From the NCBI GenBank assembly GCA_050117845.1, contig JASFLY010000006.1, forward strand, positions 1-64,000: 64,000 nt of DNA, read 5' to 3'. Shown piece by piece: positions 10,944 through 21,940 of the stretch; the stretch's first letter is position 1, and every line of letters starts with the position of its first letter. The notes under the pieces were generated by a model, which was not told the DNA's origin, searched no databases, and worked only from the letters and a program-made list of their open reading frames with translations. The translations under genes were made by a program, and so were the position numbers. The stretch comes from Candidatus Zixiibacteriota bacterium. GTDB taxonomy: Bacteria; RBG-13-66-14; B26-G2; WVWN01.

Positions 10944-11595
10944 CGCCGGACTTCAGCTGGTCCTTATCGGGCCTCCGGGCGCCGGTAAGGGAACCATAGC
11001 GGAGAAGTTAAAGGCCCGCTACCCGGCCTTAGCCCATCTGTCGACCGGCGAGATATTACGAGAGGCCATAAGCGCCGGGACCGACGTAGGCCGGGAAGTC
11101 CAGGACAGTGTCGAAGCCGGCCGGTTGGCCCCGGACGATGTGATGAACCGGATAATGGCTGAAATATTGGGGAATGCGGGAAGTTTCGTGCTCGACGGTT
11201 ACCCTCGAACGGTCCCCCAGGCCGAGTTCCTCGCGGATTTGCCGGGAGTCGATATCGACGCGGTTTTATATGTGGCCGTCCCACGCTTGGAGGCCGCCCG
11301 CAGGATAGCCGGCCGCCAGGAATGCCCCGGGGGCGACGACGACGGCCCCGAAGCCGATTGCGGCTGTTCCGGGTGCCACGACCACGAGGACCTCGAACCC
11401 CGAGCCGACGACGAACCAGAGACCGTGCTTAAACGTTTCGACGTGTATATGCGAAAAACGGCGCCGGTATTAGATTATTACCGCGGCGCCGGATTACTTC
11501 GGGAGATCGACGGGACCGGTACCCGGGAGGAAGTTTGGGCCCGGGTGGAAGCGGCGTTAACCCCTCTCTTGACCGGCAGCGATGATAACCGTTAA
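10930..11595 (+). CDS. adk: Adenylate kinase with atypical LID (GTG at 10930 preferred)
   Basis: GPPGAGKGT P-loop, HLSTGEILR, LDGYPRT, RADD; follows secY. Confidence 0.93.
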   Translation: MDEFDAGLQLVLIGPPGAGKGTIAEKLKARYPALAHLSTGEILREAISAGTDVGREVQDSVEAGRLAPDDVMNRIMAEILGNAGSFVLDGYPRTVPQAEFLADLPGVDIDAVLYVAVPRLEAARRIAGRQECPGGDDDGPEADCGCSGCHDHEDLEPRADDEPETVLKRFDVYMRKTAPVLDYYRGAGLLREIDGTGTREEVWARVEAALTPLLTGSDDNR

Positions 11596-12337
11596 ATCCG
11601 CCGCCGAAATAGAGACGATGGCTCGGGCCGCCGAAGTCGTCGTCGACGCGCTCCGGGAAGCGCGGGGCCTTATAGAGCCCGGCAACACGACGGAAGCGAT
11701 AGACAAGGCCGTACGGAAGACGATTGAGGGAAAAGGCGGCCGGCCGGCGTTCCTCGGTTACATGGGTTTCCCGGCGTCGACCTGCATCTCGCTTAACGCC
11801 GAAATCGTACACGGCATACCGTCGGCGGAACGGGTCATAGTAGAGGGCGACGTCGTATCGGTCGACGTGGGAGTGGAGATAGACGGTTACTACGGCGACG
11901 CGGCCTTCACCGTGGCCCTCGGCGACGCCGGCGCGGATTTGCTGGCCTGCTGCCGCGAATGTTTGATTAACGGTATAGGGCAATGTCGGGTCGGGGGAAG
12001 GCTGGGCGACGTATCGCACGCCATCGAGTCGACGGCCAAGGCCGGGGGCTACAACGTCGTGCGGGAGTACGTGGGCCACGGCATCGGCACGAAAATGCAC
12101 GAGGAACCCCAGGTCCCGAATTTCGGGCCTTCCGGAAAGGGGCCGAAGCTGGTACCGGGGATGACCTTCGCGTTGGAGCCGATGGTTGTCGGCGGCGATT
12201 GGCGCACCAAGGTCGGCCGGGACAAATGGACGGTCGTAACCCGGGACGGCGAGTTGTCCGCCCATTTCGAACATACGATAGTAATAACGGAAAACGAACC
12301 GAGAATATTAACCGAAGGATGGGAAGAGTTCGCATAA
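11582..12337 (+). CDS. map: Type I methionine aminopeptidase
   Basis: IVHGIP, DGYYGD, YVGHGIG, HEEP, EPM, SAHFEHT. Confidence 0.98.
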   Translation: MITVKSAAEIETMARAAEVVVDALREARGLIEPGNTTEAIDKAVRKTIEGKGGRPAFLGYMGFPASTCISLNAEIVHGIPSAERVIVEGDVVSVDVGVEIDGYYGDAAFTVALGDAGADLLACCRECLINGIGQCRVGGRLGDVSHAIESTAKAGGYNVVREYVGHGIGTKMHEEPQVPNFGPSGKGPKLVPGMTFALEPMVVGGDWRTKVGRDKWTVVTRDGELSAHFEHTIVITENEPRILTEGWEEFA

Positions 12338-12355
12338 AGGTTTAGCGCTCGTATT

Positions 12356-12574
12356 TTGGCCAAAGAACGCACCATACAAGTCGAAGGCGTAGTAGTCGAG
12401 CCCCTCCCGAACGCGATGTTTCGGGTGGAACTCGACAACGGCCACGTGATACTAGCGCACGTGTGCGGCCGGATGCGAATGCACTTTGTCCGGATTCTCC
12501 CGGGCGACCGCGTCAAGGTCGAACTCACGCCCTACGATCCGAATCGTGGCCGGATTACCTGGCGTTACAAGTAA
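12356..12574 (+). CDS. infA: Translation initiation factor IF-1
   Basis: [28 protein letters not shown]. Confidence 0.99.
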   Translation: MAKERTIQVEGVVVEPLPNAMFRVELDNGHVILAHVCGRMRMHFVRILPGDRVKVELTPYDPNRGRITWRYK

Positions 12575-12598
12575 TACTGAAGAAACGGGGTGGCCCTC

Positions 12599-12712
12599 AT
12601 GAAAGTGCGGCCCTCAGTAAAAAAGATCTGCAAAAAGTGTAAAATCATCAAGCGGCGCGGCGTGGTACGCGTTATCTGCGAGAATCCCCGGCACAAACAG
12701 CGCCAGGGATAG
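12599..12712 (+). CDS. rpmJ: 50S ribosomal protein L36 (not in ORF track)
   Basis: Translated by hand: [37 protein letters not shown]. Confidence 0.99.
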   Translation: MKVRPSVKKICKKCKIIKRRGVVRVICENPRHKQRQG

Positions 12713-12742
12713 GCGCGCTACTATTTCAGGAGAAATAAACCC

Positions 12743-13117
12743 ATGGCACGGATAGCGGGAGTAGACCTGAATCGGGCGAAACGCGTCGAGGCGGCCTTGC
12801 CGTACATATTCGGCATCGGCCCCACGACGGCGAAGGCCATCCTGGCCGAGGCGAACGTGGACCCCGATAAAAGGGTAAAAGATCTGTCCGACGATGAAGT
12901 GGCCCGCCTCCGCCAGGTTATCGAAGAGGGATACAAGGTAGAGGGCGCTCTCAAGGCGGAGGTCGCGGCTAACATCAAACGGCTGATAGCGATTAACAGC
13001 TATCGCGGCATCCGTCATAAGAAGGGCCTGCCGGCCCACGGGCAGCGGACCAAAACCAACGCCCGAACCCGCAAGGGCCCCAAGAAGACGGTGGGTCGGA
13101 AGCGCAAGAAGAAGTAG
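12743..13117 (+). CDS. rpsM: 30S ribosomal protein S13
   Basis: [27 protein letters not shown]. Confidence 0.99.
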   Translation: MARIAGVDLNRAKRVEAALPYIFGIGPTTAKAILAEANVDPDKRVKDLSDDEVARLRQVIEEGYKVEGALKAEVAANIKRLIAINSYRGIRHKKGLPAHGQRTKTNARTRKGPKKTVGRKRKKK

Positions 13118-13149
13118 CCGTAAGGACATGACTGACGAGGTGAATACCC

Positions 13150-13539
13150 TTGGCGAAAGTTAAAAAGAAGGCCAAGAAAAAAGTAAAGCGGACGGTTTCC
13201 GAGGGCATCGTATACATCAAGTCCTCGTTCAACAACACGCTTATTACGATAACCGATACCGACGGCAACGTTATCGCCTGGGCTTCGGGCGGCCTCTCGG
13301 GGTTCAAAGGCTCCCGGAAGTCGACGCCGTTCGCGGCGCAGATCTCCGCCGACCAGGCGGCGAAGCGCGCCGTGGCCGCGGGCATGACCCAGGTCGACGT
13401 CCAGGTCGTGGGCCCCGGCTCCGGCCGGGAATCCGCGGTGCGGGCCATTCAGGCGTCCGCCCTGCGCGTTAAATCGATACGTGACCGGACTAAAATACCG
13501 CATAATGGCTGTCGGCCGAGGAAGCGGCGCCGCGTATAG
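13150..13539 (+). CDS. rpsK: 30S ribosomal protein S11
   Basis: [25 protein letters not shown]. Confidence 0.99.
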   Translation: MAKVKKKAKKKVKRTVSEGIVYIKSSFNNTLITITDTDGNVIAWASGGLSGFKGSRKSTPFAAQISADQAAKRAVAAGMTQVDVQVVGPGSGRESAVRAIQASALRVKSIRDRTKIPHNGCRPRKRRRV

Positions 13540-13565
13540 CGTCGGGACGCGAGGTTTCTTTTATT

Positions 13566-14213
13566 ATGGCTAAGTACCGTGGACCGAGTTGTCGGATATG
13601 TCGTCGCGAGGGGGCGAAGCTTTTCCTCAAGGGCGAGCGTTGCAACCTGCGCGGCAAGTGCCCGGTGGACAAGCCGGTCAACCCCCGGAACTACCCTCCC
13701 GGCCAGCACGGCCTGAGGCGGCAGTTCCGCATCTCCGACTACGGCGTACGTCTCCGCGAGAAGCAGAAACTGCGCAAGACGTACGGCATACTTGAAAAGC
13801 AATTCCGGAAATACTTCCGCGAGGCCGGCCGCCAGAAGGGCGTTACCGGCGACAACCTCCTGCGCCTGCTCGAAATGCGCCTCGATAACGCGGTCTTCCG
13901 TCTCGGCTTCGTTACGGCCCGAGGTACGGCCCGACAACTCGTCCGGCACGGCCATTTCACCGTTAACGGCCGGCGCGTGAACATCCCCTCGTATCAAGTT
14001 AAGGTAGGCGACGTTATCGGCGTTTCGGAAAAAGCGTCGCAAACGGACCCGGTGAAGTACGGCCTGGAATATAATAGCGGGAAACTTTTGCCGGAATGGC
14101 TGGAGTTCGACGCCAAGAAGATGGAAGGTAGCGTCGTTTCGGTCCCGGCCCGTGACCAGATACCGGTCCCGGTCGACGAACAGTTGGTCGTAGAGTTCTA
14201 TTCCCGCGTGTAA
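13566..14213 (+). CDS. rpsD: 30S ribosomal protein S4 (Cys-containing N-terminus)
   Basis: CRICRREG, PPGQHG, LREKQK, LEMRLDN, VEFYSR. Confidence 0.99.
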   Translation: MAKYRGPSCRICRREGAKLFLKGERCNLRGKCPVDKPVNPRNYPPGQHGLRRQFRISDYGVRLREKQKLRKTYGILEKQFRKYFREAGRQKGVTGDNLLRLLEMRLDNAVFRLGFVTARGTARQLVRHGHFTVNGRRVNIPSYQVKVGDVIGVSEKASQTDPVKYGLEYNSGKLLPEWLEFDAKKMEGSVVSVPARDQIPVPVDEQLVVEFYSRV

Positions 14214-14261
14214 GGCGCTCTATTCATACCAACGTAACCTATAAAGGAGCGGGGTTAGCCC

Positions 14262-15233
14262 ATGAAGGCTGACGCTTTCAAAATGCCGCGAGGGGTTAAG
14301 TTCGAACCCGAGGGGGCGAGCGGTTCTTGGGGGAAGTACGTTATCGAACCCCTGGAGCAAGGCTTCGGTCTTACGTTGGGGAACGCGATCCGGCGCGTTT
14401 TATTGTCCTCCATCGAGGGAACGGCTATAACCGCCGTTAAAATCGACGGCGTTTTGCACGAGTACTCGACTATTCCCAACGTCTACGAGGATACGACCGA
14501 AATCCTGATGAACCTCCGCCAGCTGGTCCTACGGCTGGAATCCCCACAGCCCAAAACTATCTATCTCGACGTCGAGGGTGAGGGCGAGGTAACAGGCCGG
14601 GACATCATCGCCGATCCCGACGTAGTGCTCGTCAACCCCGACCAGAAGATAGCGACGTTGGCCGAGGGTGGGCGACTCAAGATGGAAATGGAGGTTAGCC
14701 GCGGCCGGGGATACGTACCGGTGGAGCGGCTGCGCCCGGAGGACAGCCCCGCCGGCCTCATTCCCGTGGACGCCGTTTTTACGCCGGTTCACAAAGTTAA
14801 ATACACCGTGGAAGAGACCCGCGTCGGCCAGCGGACGGATTACGATAAACTAGTCATCGAGGTATGGACCGACGGCAGCATTACCGCCAATCACGCGTTG
14901 AACGCCGCGGCCCGGGTGCTCCAGTCCCACGTCGACATCTTCGTCGATTTCGAAACGAAGCGGCCCCCCGAGCGGGAACGTGAGGACGAGGAACGCGCCC
15001 GCCTGCGGGAGCTCTTAACCCGCAACGTGAACGAGTTGGAACTTTCCGTTCGGGCCGTAAATTGCCTGGAAATGGCGGACATCAGGACCATAAAGGATCT
15101 CGTGGTCAAGACCGACGCCGAAATGCTGAAGTACCGTAACTTCGGCCGGAAATCCCTAAACGAAATTAAAGAAGTCCTGACCGCGATGGGCCTCTCCCTG
15201 GGGATGGACATCTCCGACGTCGAGGATAACTAA
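14262..15233 (+). CDS. rpoA: RNA polymerase subunit alpha
   Basis: GFGLTLGNAIRRVLLSS, RVGQRTDYDKL, LELSVRA, NFGRKSL. Confidence 0.99.
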   Translation: MKADAFKMPRGVKFEPEGASGSWGKYVIEPLEQGFGLTLGNAIRRVLLSSIEGTAITAVKIDGVLHEYSTIPNVYEDTTEILMNLRQLVLRLESPQPKTIYLDVEGEGEVTGRDIIADPDVVLVNPDQKIATLAEGGRLKMEMEVSRGRGYVPVERLRPEDSPAGLIPVDAVFTPVHKVKYTVEETRVGQRTDYDKLVIEVWTDGSITANHALNAAARVLQSHVDIFVDFETKRPPEREREDEERARLRELLTRNVNELELSVRAVNCLEMADIRTIKDLVVKTDAEMLKYRNFGRKSLNEIKEVLTAMGLSLGMDISDVEDN

Positions 15234-15234
15234 T

Positions 15235-15720
15235 ATGCGTCACCGTAAATATAAGCGGAAATTTTCGCGCACCCCGTCCCACCGGCGTGCGATGATGGGG
15301 AACCTGGTCCGGGCGCTCCTGCAATTTGAGCAGATAAATACGACCGAAGCCAAGGCCAAGTCGCTCAAAGCCCTGGCCGACAGCCTTATCGCCCGATCCC
15401 GCGAGGACACCGTCCACGCCCGTCGGGTCGTAGGCCGGGTCATCAAGGACCGGAACCTCATCTGGAAACTCTTCCATGAGATAGGCCCCATCGCCGAAGG
15501 CGACGGCGGCGGTTACGTCCGAATCGTCAAGACGGCCACGCGCCACGGCGACAGCGCCCCGATGGCTATAGTGGAGCTCGTCAACAAGACGAAGCTCTAT
15601 TACGACCGCCGCAAGGCGGAAGAGGACGCCCGTAAGGCCAAGAAGGAGGAGGCCCGAAAGGCGGCCGAAAAGGCCCGCGAGGCCGCGGAAGCGTCGGGGG
15701 GCGCGCCCGTTCCGGAGTAA
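15235..15720 (+). CDS. rplQ: 50S ribosomal protein L17
   Basis: MRHRK, TTEAKAK, GGYVRI, GDSAPMA. Confidence 0.98.
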   Translation: MRHRKYKRKFSRTPSHRRAMMGNLVRALLQFEQINTTEAKAKSLKALADSLIARSREDTVHARRVVGRVIKDRNLIWKLFHEIGPIAEGDGGGYVRIVKTATRHGDSAPMAIVELVNKTKLYYDRRKAEEDARKAKKEEARKAAEKAREAAEASGGAPVPE

Positions 15721-15737
15721 AAGGAAACGAGATTATC

Positions 15738-15763
15738 AACCCGGCCCGCAAGGCCGGGTTTTT
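15738..15763 (+). terminator. Intrinsic terminator of the ribosomal superoperon
   Basis: AACCCGGCC-cgcaa-GGCCGGGTT followed by TTT. Confidence 0.85.
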
Positions 15764-15834
15764 CGTCGCCGGGGCCGGCCGTTAAAATGCTTTTCGGGTT
15801 TTTTACGCGTATCGCAGTATGATCAAAAAAAGGC

Positions 15835-15886
15835 TTGACTTTTTCGGGGAATTTATTATTATGTGCGACCGATAGTCATTACTATT
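15835..15886 (+). promoter_or_regulatory. Sigma70 promoter with downstream Fur/PerR-like operator
   Basis: TTGACT(15835)-16 nt-TATTAT(15857); inverted repeat ATAGT-catt-ACTAT at 15872-15885 before the RBS. Confidence 0.6.
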
Positions 15887-15897
15887 TAGGAGAGCCC

Positions 15898-16305
15898 ATG
15901 GTTGCAACCGGGAAACTGAAGATGACCGCTCAGCGGCGGGTTATTATCGAGGAACTCCGAAAAAACAAGAGCCACCCGACCGCGGATCAACTTTTCTTGT
16001 TAGTACGGAAGCGCCTTCCCGACATTAGCATGGCCACCGTCTATCGTAACCTCGATATCCTGGCGGAGCACGGCCTCGTGCAGAAATTGTGGGAGGGCGA
16101 GGGTCCCCGGCGCTACAACGGAACCGTTACCGACCATTATCACGTATACTGTGAGCACTGCGGCCGTTTGGACGACGTGCCGCTCGAGGCGGTAAACGGT
16201 TTTCTGCAGAAGGCCCAGGCCCTTTCCGATTACGATATTCGGGGTTACCGGCTGGAGTTCTACGGCGTTTGCCCGGATTGCCAGGCCGAGGAAGCCGAGG
16301 CTTAA
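15898..16305 (+). CDS. Fur/PerR family transcriptional repressor
   Basis: MTAQRRVI, HPTAD, ATVYRNL, HYH, two CxxC; AGGAG RBS; heads peroxide-defence genes so PerR-like by context. Confidence 0.92.
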   Translation: MVATGKLKMTAQRRVIIEELRKNKSHPTADQLFLLVRKRLPDISMATVYRNLDILAEHGLVQKLWEGEGPRRYNGTVTDHYHVYCEHCGRLDDVPLEAVNGFLQKAQALSDYDIRGYRLEFYGVCPDCQAEEAEA

Positions 16306-16366
16306 CAAACCCCACTTTTCATACTAACGGGAATCCATACTCTAACAATTTAGCTCAGGAGGTATT

Positions 16367-16942
16367 ATGCCGGAGTTGAAGGGTAGCCAGACCGAAAAGA
16401 ACCTGTTGACGGCGTTCGCCGGGGAGTCGCAGGCGCGCAACCGTTACGCCTATTTCGCGAGCCAGGCCAAGAAGGAAGGGTACGAACAGATTAAGTTCGT
16501 CTTCGAGGAAACCGCGGATCAGGAGAAAGAACACGCCAAACGCCTCTTTAAATTCCTCCAGGGCGGCGAGGTCGAAATAGGCGCAGCCTTCCCGGCCGGC
16601 GTAATCGGAACGACGGCCGAGAACCTGGAAGCCGCGGCCGGCGGCGAAAATTACGAGTGGCACGAGATGTATCCGGCGTTTGCCCGCGTCGCTCGCGAGG
16701 AGGGGTTCGACGAGATAGCCGGCGTCTTCGAGGCCATCGCCGTCGCCGAGAAACAGCACGAGAAGAGGTATCGGGGCCTTTTAGCCAACGTAACCGGCGG
16801 AACCGTCTTTAAGAAGGACAAGGCCGTCGTGTGGCGCTGCCGGAATTGTGGTTACCTCCACGACGGTATGGAAGCGCCCGACCCCTGCCCCGCCTGCAAT
16901 CATCCGCAAGCGCACTTCGAGCTTCTCGGCGAGAACTGGTAA
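16367..16942 (+). CDS. rbr: Rubrerythrin
   Basis: [24 protein letters not shown]-terminal CRNCG...CPACNHP. Confidence 0.97.
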   Translation: MPELKGSQTEKNLLTAFAGESQARNRYAYFASQAKKEGYEQIKFVFEETADQEKEHAKRLFKFLQGGEVEIGAAFPAGVIGTTAENLEAAAGGENYEWHEMYPAFARVAREEGFDEIAGVFEAIAVAEKQHEKRYRGLLANVTGGTVFKKDKAVVWRCRNCGYLHDGMEAPDPCPACNHPQAHFELLGENW

Positions 16943-16969
16943 AGGCCGGGGAGTGGAAAGGAGGGTACC

Positions 16970-17533
16970 GTGGAGGTACTGGAGGCCATCGAGGCCCGGC
17001 GGGCCTATCGCTCGCTCGCGCCCGTCGAAATAACCGAAGACCTCTGTCGGGACCTCGCCCGTTGCGCGGGGCTCGCCGCGAGTTGCTTCAACAATCAACC
17101 TTGGCGCTACGTTTTCGTGTACGACGCCGAGGTTTTGCAACGGATGAGGGAAGTCATGTCCCGCGGCAACGAGTGGACGTTTGACGCTTCCCTCATCATC
17201 GCGGTCCTGAGCAAGAAGGATTACGACTGCGTGATAAAGGACCGCGAGTATTACCTTTTCGACGTGGGGATGGCCACCGCCCAATTAATACTCCGGGCCA
17301 CCGAGCTCGGCCTCGTCGCCCATCCTATCGCCGGATACAGCCCGCGAAAGACCCGCGGGGTCCTGGGCGTCCCGGACGACGTGGACGTAGTGACGCTCGT
17401 CAACGTGGGCCGGCGGGCCGATACGGTCAATCCCAACCTTTCGGAACAACAACTCGAGGCGGAAGAAACCCGGCCTCCCCGTAAATCGATAGACGAGATA
17501 ATGTACTTCAACCGATACCCGGAAGGCGGTTAA
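16970..17533 (+). CDS. Nitroreductase family protein
   Basis: RRAYR, ASCFNNQPW, LRATELGL. Confidence 0.9.
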   Translation: MEVLEAIEARRAYRSLAPVEITEDLCRDLARCAGLAASCFNNQPWRYVFVYDAEVLQRMREVMSRGNEWTFDASLIIAVLSKKDYDCVIKDREYYLFDVGMATAQLILRATELGLVAHPIAGYSPRKTRGVLGVPDDVDVVTLVNVGRRADTVNPNLSEQQLEAEETRPPRKSIDEIMYFNRYPEGG

Positions 17534-17575
17534 CTGCTTGCGACGTGCCGGGCGGCCTAGGGGGCGCTTTATTTA

Positions 17576-19666
17576 ATGCTGTTATTATTTACGATTGCGG
17601 CCGCCGACACGAGTACGGGGGCGGACCGGCCGGCGGCCAATCGGCTCGCCGGCGAGAACAGCCCCTACCTCCTCGCCCACGCCCACGACCCCGTCGACTG
17701 GCACCCGTGGGGGGAGGAAGCCTTCGCCCGCGCCCGGGCCGAGGACAAAGCCGTTTTCCTTTCCGTCGGCTATTCCACCTGCCATTGGTGTCACGTTATG
17801 CAACGCGAATCTTTCCAAAACCCGGAGATCGCGGCCCAAATGAACGCCGCCTTCGTCTGCGTTAAGGTGGATCGGGAAGAGCGCCCCGACGTCGACCACC
17901 TTTACATGGCGGCTTGCCAGGTAATGAGCGGCGCCGGAGGGTGGCCGTTAACGGTCGTTATGACCCCCGAAGGTCGGCCCTTCTTCGCCGGGACGTACTT
18001 CCCGCCGCAGGCCCGTTATGGCCGGCCCGGTATGGACGAACTCGTTCCACGCCTCGCCGGCTTGTGGGCCGAGCGGCGGGACGAAGCGGCCGCCGCCTCG
18101 GATGAGGTTGTGGGCCTACTTTCCCGTATGTCCGGCGGCGCCGGCGGCGGGGAATTAACCGAGGATCTCTTGCGTACGGCTTTCGCCGAGTTGGCCGCCG
18201 ACTTCGACGAACGGAACGGCGGGTTCGGCCGGGCGCCCAAGTTCCCCATGCCCGTTAACCTCCTCTTCCTCCTCCGCTACGGCCGAAGGGCGGGCAACGC
18301 CCCCGCCCGAGAGATGGCGGGGAAAGCCCTCCGGGCGATGCGGCGGGGGGGCGTTTACGATCAACTCGGCTTCGGATTCCATCGCTACTCCACGGACGCC
18401 GAGTGGCGCGTACCCCACTTCGAGAAGATGTTGTACGACCAGGCGCTGCTCGCGATGGCGTACGCCGAGGCGTACCAGGCGGCCGGCGACCCGTTCTACG
18501 AGGAAACCGCGCGTGAAGTATTCGAGTACGTCGGGCGCGACTTGACTTCCCCCGATGGCACCTTCTACGCCGCAGAGGACGCCGACAGCGAGGGCGAGGA
18601 GGGGAGATATTACCTTTGGACCGTGGACGAGATACGCGCCGCCCTGCCACCGGAGGAAGCCGCCGCCGTGATATCCGCCTACGGCGTTAAGGTCGAAGGC
18701 AACTTCGCCGACGAGGCCGGTGACGGCCCGCCGGGCCGCAACGTCCTTTACCTCGAAGGCCCGGAAACGGCCGACCTCGCGGCCGCCCGTGAGAAACTCC
18801 TCGCGGTCCGGGGGGAACGCCTCCGGCCGCACCGGGATGAGAAAATCCTGGCCGATTGGAACGGCCTGATGATCGCCGCGTACGCGAAGGCCGCCCGCGC
18901 CTTCGGCGAGGCCACGTACGCGGGAAGCGCCCGCCGCGCCGCCGACTTCGTACTGAGGCGGATGCGGGACCGCGAAGGCCGCCTGTACCACAGCCGACGC
19001 GAAAGCGGCGACGGCGTACCGGCTTTCCTGGACGACTACGCCTTCCTCACTTGGGGCCTGATCGAGTTGTACGAGGCCACGTTCGAGGTCAGTTACCTCG
19101 CCTCCGCGCTCGATCTGGCCGTAGATACCTGGGGGCTTTTCTGGGACCACGAGGCCGGCGCTTTCCACTTCACCCCGGCGCGCGAGGGCGGCCTTATCGT
19201 CCGCAAGAAAGAGTTTTACGACGGCGCCGTTCCTTCGGGCAACGCCGTCGCGACGGTGAACCTGCTCCGTCTGGCCCGCCTCACCGGCGACGCCGTTTGG
19301 GAGGAGCGGGCCGCGGCCGCTACGCGGGCCATGGCCGGCCCGGCTGCCCGCTCTCCCGCGGGCACGCCTTTTTTCCTGGCGGCCGCGGACTGGGCCCTCG
19401 GTTCCTCGCTCGAAGTGGTGGTGGCGGGGGACGCGGCGGCCCCGGATACGCGGGAGATGCTTCGTGCCCTGGGCCGGGTTTACTTGCCCCACGCCGTGGT
19501 GTTATTCAAGGCGGCCGGCGACGACGAACTGGGTTCCTACGCGGAATACACGAAAACGCTAAAGGCGATTAACGGCCGGGCGACGGCGTACGTATGCCGC
19601 GACTTCGCCTGCCGAACGCCGACGAACGACGTAAACGAATTAATCAATAGCTTGAAAGGAGAATAA
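17576..19666 (+). CDS. YyaL/SSP411 (DUF255) thioredoxin-domain protein
   Basis: [44 protein letters not shown]. Confidence 0.95.
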   Translation: MLLLFTIAAADTSTGADRPAANRLAGENSPYLLAHAHDPVDWHPWGEEAFARARAEDKAVFLSVGYSTCHWCHVMQRESFQNPEIAAQMNAAFVCVKVDREERPDVDHLYMAACQVMSGAGGWPLTVVMTPEGRPFFAGTYFPPQARYGRPGMDELVPRLAGLWAERRDEAAAASDEVVGLLSRMSGGAGGGELTEDLLRTAFAELAADFDERNGGFGRAPKFPMPVNLLFLLRYGRRAGNAPAREMAGKALRAMRRGGVYDQLGFGFHRYSTDAEWRVPHFEKMLYDQALLAMAYAEAYQAAGDPFYEETAREVFEYVGRDLTSPDGTFYAAEDADSEGEEGRYYLWTVDEIRAALPPEEAAAVISAYGVKVEGNFADEAGDGPPGRNVLYLEGPETADLAAAREKLLAVRGERLRPHRDEKILADWNGLMIAAYAKAARAFGEATYAGSARRAADFVLRRMRDREGRLYHSRRESGDGVPAFLDDYAFLTWGLIELYEATFEVSYLASALDLAVDTWGLFWDHEAGAFHFTPAREGGLIVRKKEFYDGAVPSGNAVATVNLLRLARLTGDAVWEERAAAATRAMAGPAARSPAGTPFFLAAADWALGSSLEVVVAGDAAAPDTREMLRALGRVYLPHAVVLFKAAGDDELGSYAEYTKTLKAINGRATAYVCRDFACRTPTNDVNELINSLKGE

Positions 19667-19668
19667 GG

Positions 19669-20184
19669 ATGGCAGAAAGGGAAGGGCTCGTGCGAATGGG
19701 CGACAAACCTCTAACGCTTCTGGGCGACGAGGTTAACGTGGGCGACAAGGCCCCCGATTTCGAGGTCATAGGCAACGACATGAAACGCGTCCGCCTGGCG
19801 GACTACGCCGGCAAGGTTCTGGTGCTGGCGTCCATCCCGTCGGTGGATACGCCGGTCTGTTCGGCCGAGACGCACCGCTTTAACGCCGAAGCGTCCGACC
19901 TCGGCGACGACGTGGCCATTCTCACGATAAGCATGGACCTTCCGTTCGCGCAAAAACGGTGGTGCGGCGCCGAGGGCATCGAACACGTCGTGACGTTGTC
20001 CGACCACCGCGACGCCTCGTTCGGCCAGGCTTACGGCGTGCTCATTAAAGAGACCCGCCTGCTCGCCCGCGCCGTATTCATCGTCGATCGCGAGGGCGTC
20101 GTCCGTTATACCGAAATCGTGCCGGTCCTGGGCGAAGAGCCCAATTACGAGACGGTACTGGCTGCCGTGAAGGAATTAATCTAA
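19669..20184 (+). CDS. tpx: Thiol peroxidase (atypical 2-Cys peroxiredoxin)
   Basis: PSVDTPVC, ISMDLPFAQKRWCG, LLARAVF. Confidence 0.96.
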   Translation: MAEREGLVRMGDKPLTLLGDEVNVGDKAPDFEVIGNDMKRVRLADYAGKVLVLASIPSVDTPVCSAETHRFNAEASDLGDDVAILTISMDLPFAQKRWCGAEGIEHVVTLSDHRDASFGQAYGVLIKETRLLARAVFIVDREGVVRYTEIVPVLGEEPNYETVLAAVKELI

Positions 20185-20224
20185 ATGATCGATACGGGGG
20201 CGAGTTGGCCGAAAAGGAAGGCCG

Positions 20225-21940
20225 ATGACGCGAGCTGAGGTGAACATATTAGTCGGCGGCGAAGCGGGCCAGGGCCTCGCGACCTTCGGGCCGCTGCTTT
20301 CCCGGACCCTCGTCCGGGCGGGGTACCATATCGTCGTGACGCAGAGTTACCAGTCGCGGATCCGCGGCGGCCACAATAGCTTCGCCGTGCGCGCGGCGGC
20401 CCGGGATGTCGTCGCGCCCTCCGAGACTTACGACCTGCTCGTGGCCCTCAACGCCGAAACGGCCTCGCTCCATCGGGATGAACTCGCCCCCGACGGCGTA
20501 GTCATCGCCGACCGCGCCTTCGACGTCCCCGGGAATGGCGTTGCCGACGTGCCCTACGGCGACCTCGTATCAGGCCGTTTCCGCAACGTCGCGGCGCTCG
20601 GCGTTACGGCTTGCCTCCTCGGCCTCCCGGAAAAAACGGTCGTCGGCGTCGTCACCGAGTATTTCGGCCGGAAAGGAAAAGCGGTAGAGGAGAATAGGGT
20701 AGCCCTCGGCCGGGCGTATGAATGGGCCGGCGCTCTGGACCCTTCTTACCGTCGCGAACTCCCGGCCGTCGCGGACCCCGGCCACCGCCTCACGCTCAAC
20801 GGGAACCATGCCATCGCGCTGGGGGCTTTGTCCGCCGGCGTCAAGTTCTGTTCCTTCTACCCCATGACGCCGTCCACGTCCATCCCCCTAACGCTCATCG
20901 CCCACGCCGAGGAGATGGGCCTGGTGGTGGAGCAGGCCGAGGACGAAATCGCCGCCGTCAACATGGCGGTGGGCGCCTCGTACGCCGGCGCCCCTGCGAT
21001 GGTCGCGACCTCGGGCGGCGGCTTCGCTTTGATGACGGAGGGCGTGAGCCTGGCCGGGATGACGGAGACGCCGCTCGTCGTCGTACTCGCCCAGCGGCCC
21101 GGCCCCGCCACCGGATTGCCCACCCGCACGGAACAGGCCGACCTCGAGTTCGTCCTGCGGGCCGGCCACGGTGAGTTCCCCCGGGCCATCTTCGCGCCCG
21201 GCACCGTCGAGGAGTGCTTCCACCTCACGAGGCGGGCGTTCGAACTCGCCCAATCCTATCAGACGCCGGTCTTCATACTGACCGACCAGTTCCTCGCCGA
21301 CTCGTTCCGCGCGGTCGAGCCTTTCGACGTCGAGGCCCTGGCGCCCGTCGGCTCCTACGGCGAGCCGGCCGACTTCCCCGAGCCGTACGAACGTTACGCC
21401 CTAGCGCCGGACGGCGTCTCGCCGCGCCTCCTGCCCGGGGCGTCACGCCGGCTGGTAGTCGCGGACAGCGACGAACATACCGAGGACGGCCACCTGACCG
21501 AGGACCTCGGCGCGCGGGTCAGGCAGGTCGAAAAGCGACTGCGCAAGGCCGCGGGTATGCACGCGGAAGCACTGCCGCCCACGTACGCGGGCGACGACGC
21601 GCCCGACCTGTTGCTGGTGTCCTGGGGATCGAGTAAGGGCGCCGTGGCCGAGGCCGCGGCTACGCTCGCGTCCGCCCGCGGGATCAATACCGCCACGCTC
21701 CACTTCCCGCAAGTCTGGCCGCTCGTCCCCGAGCAATTCGTGGACCGGCTGTCGGCGGCCGGCCGGGTCGTCTGCGTGGAAGGGAACGCCTCCGGCCAGC
21801 TCGCCCGTTTGATCCGGGGCGAGGCCGGCTTCGAGATAAAGGAACGGGTAGGTCGCTACGACGGCCTGGCCCTCACGCCGGAGTACGTCGTACGCGCACT
21901 GGACGGCGAGGAAGCGGAAGGGGGCGGCGCGGATGGTTAA
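20225..21940 (+). CDS. 2-oxoacid:ferredoxin oxidoreductase alpha subunit (gamma-alpha fusion)
   Basis: GGEAGQG, YPMTP, QAEDEIAA, ATSGGGF, QRPGPATGLPT. Confidence 0.95.
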   Translation: MTRAEVNILVGGEAGQGLATFGPLLSRTLVRAGYHIVVTQSYQSRIRGGHNSFAVRAAARDVVAPSETYDLLVALNAETASLHRDELAPDGVVIADRAFDVPGNGVADVPYGDLVSGRFRNVAALGVTACLLGLPEKTVVGVVTEYFGRKGKAVEENRVALGRAYEWAGALDPSYRRELPAVADPGHRLTLNGNHAIALGALSAGVKFCSFYPMTPSTSIPLTLIAHAEEMGLVVEQAEDEIAAVNMAVGASYAGAPAMVATSGGGFALMTEGVSLAGMTETPLVVVLAQRPGPATGLPTRTEQADLEFVLRAGHGEFPRAIFAPGTVEECFHLTRRAFELAQSYQTPVFILTDQFLADSFRAVEPFDVEALAPVGSYGEPADFPEPYERYALAPDGVSPRLLPGASRRLVVADSDEHTEDGHLTEDLGARVRQVEKRLRKAAGMHAEALPPTYAGDDAPDLLLVSWGSSKGAVAEAAATLASARGINTATLHFPQVWPLVPEQFVDRLSAAGRVVCVEGNASGQLARLIRGEAGFEIKERVGRYDGLALTPEYVVRALDGEEAEGGGADG

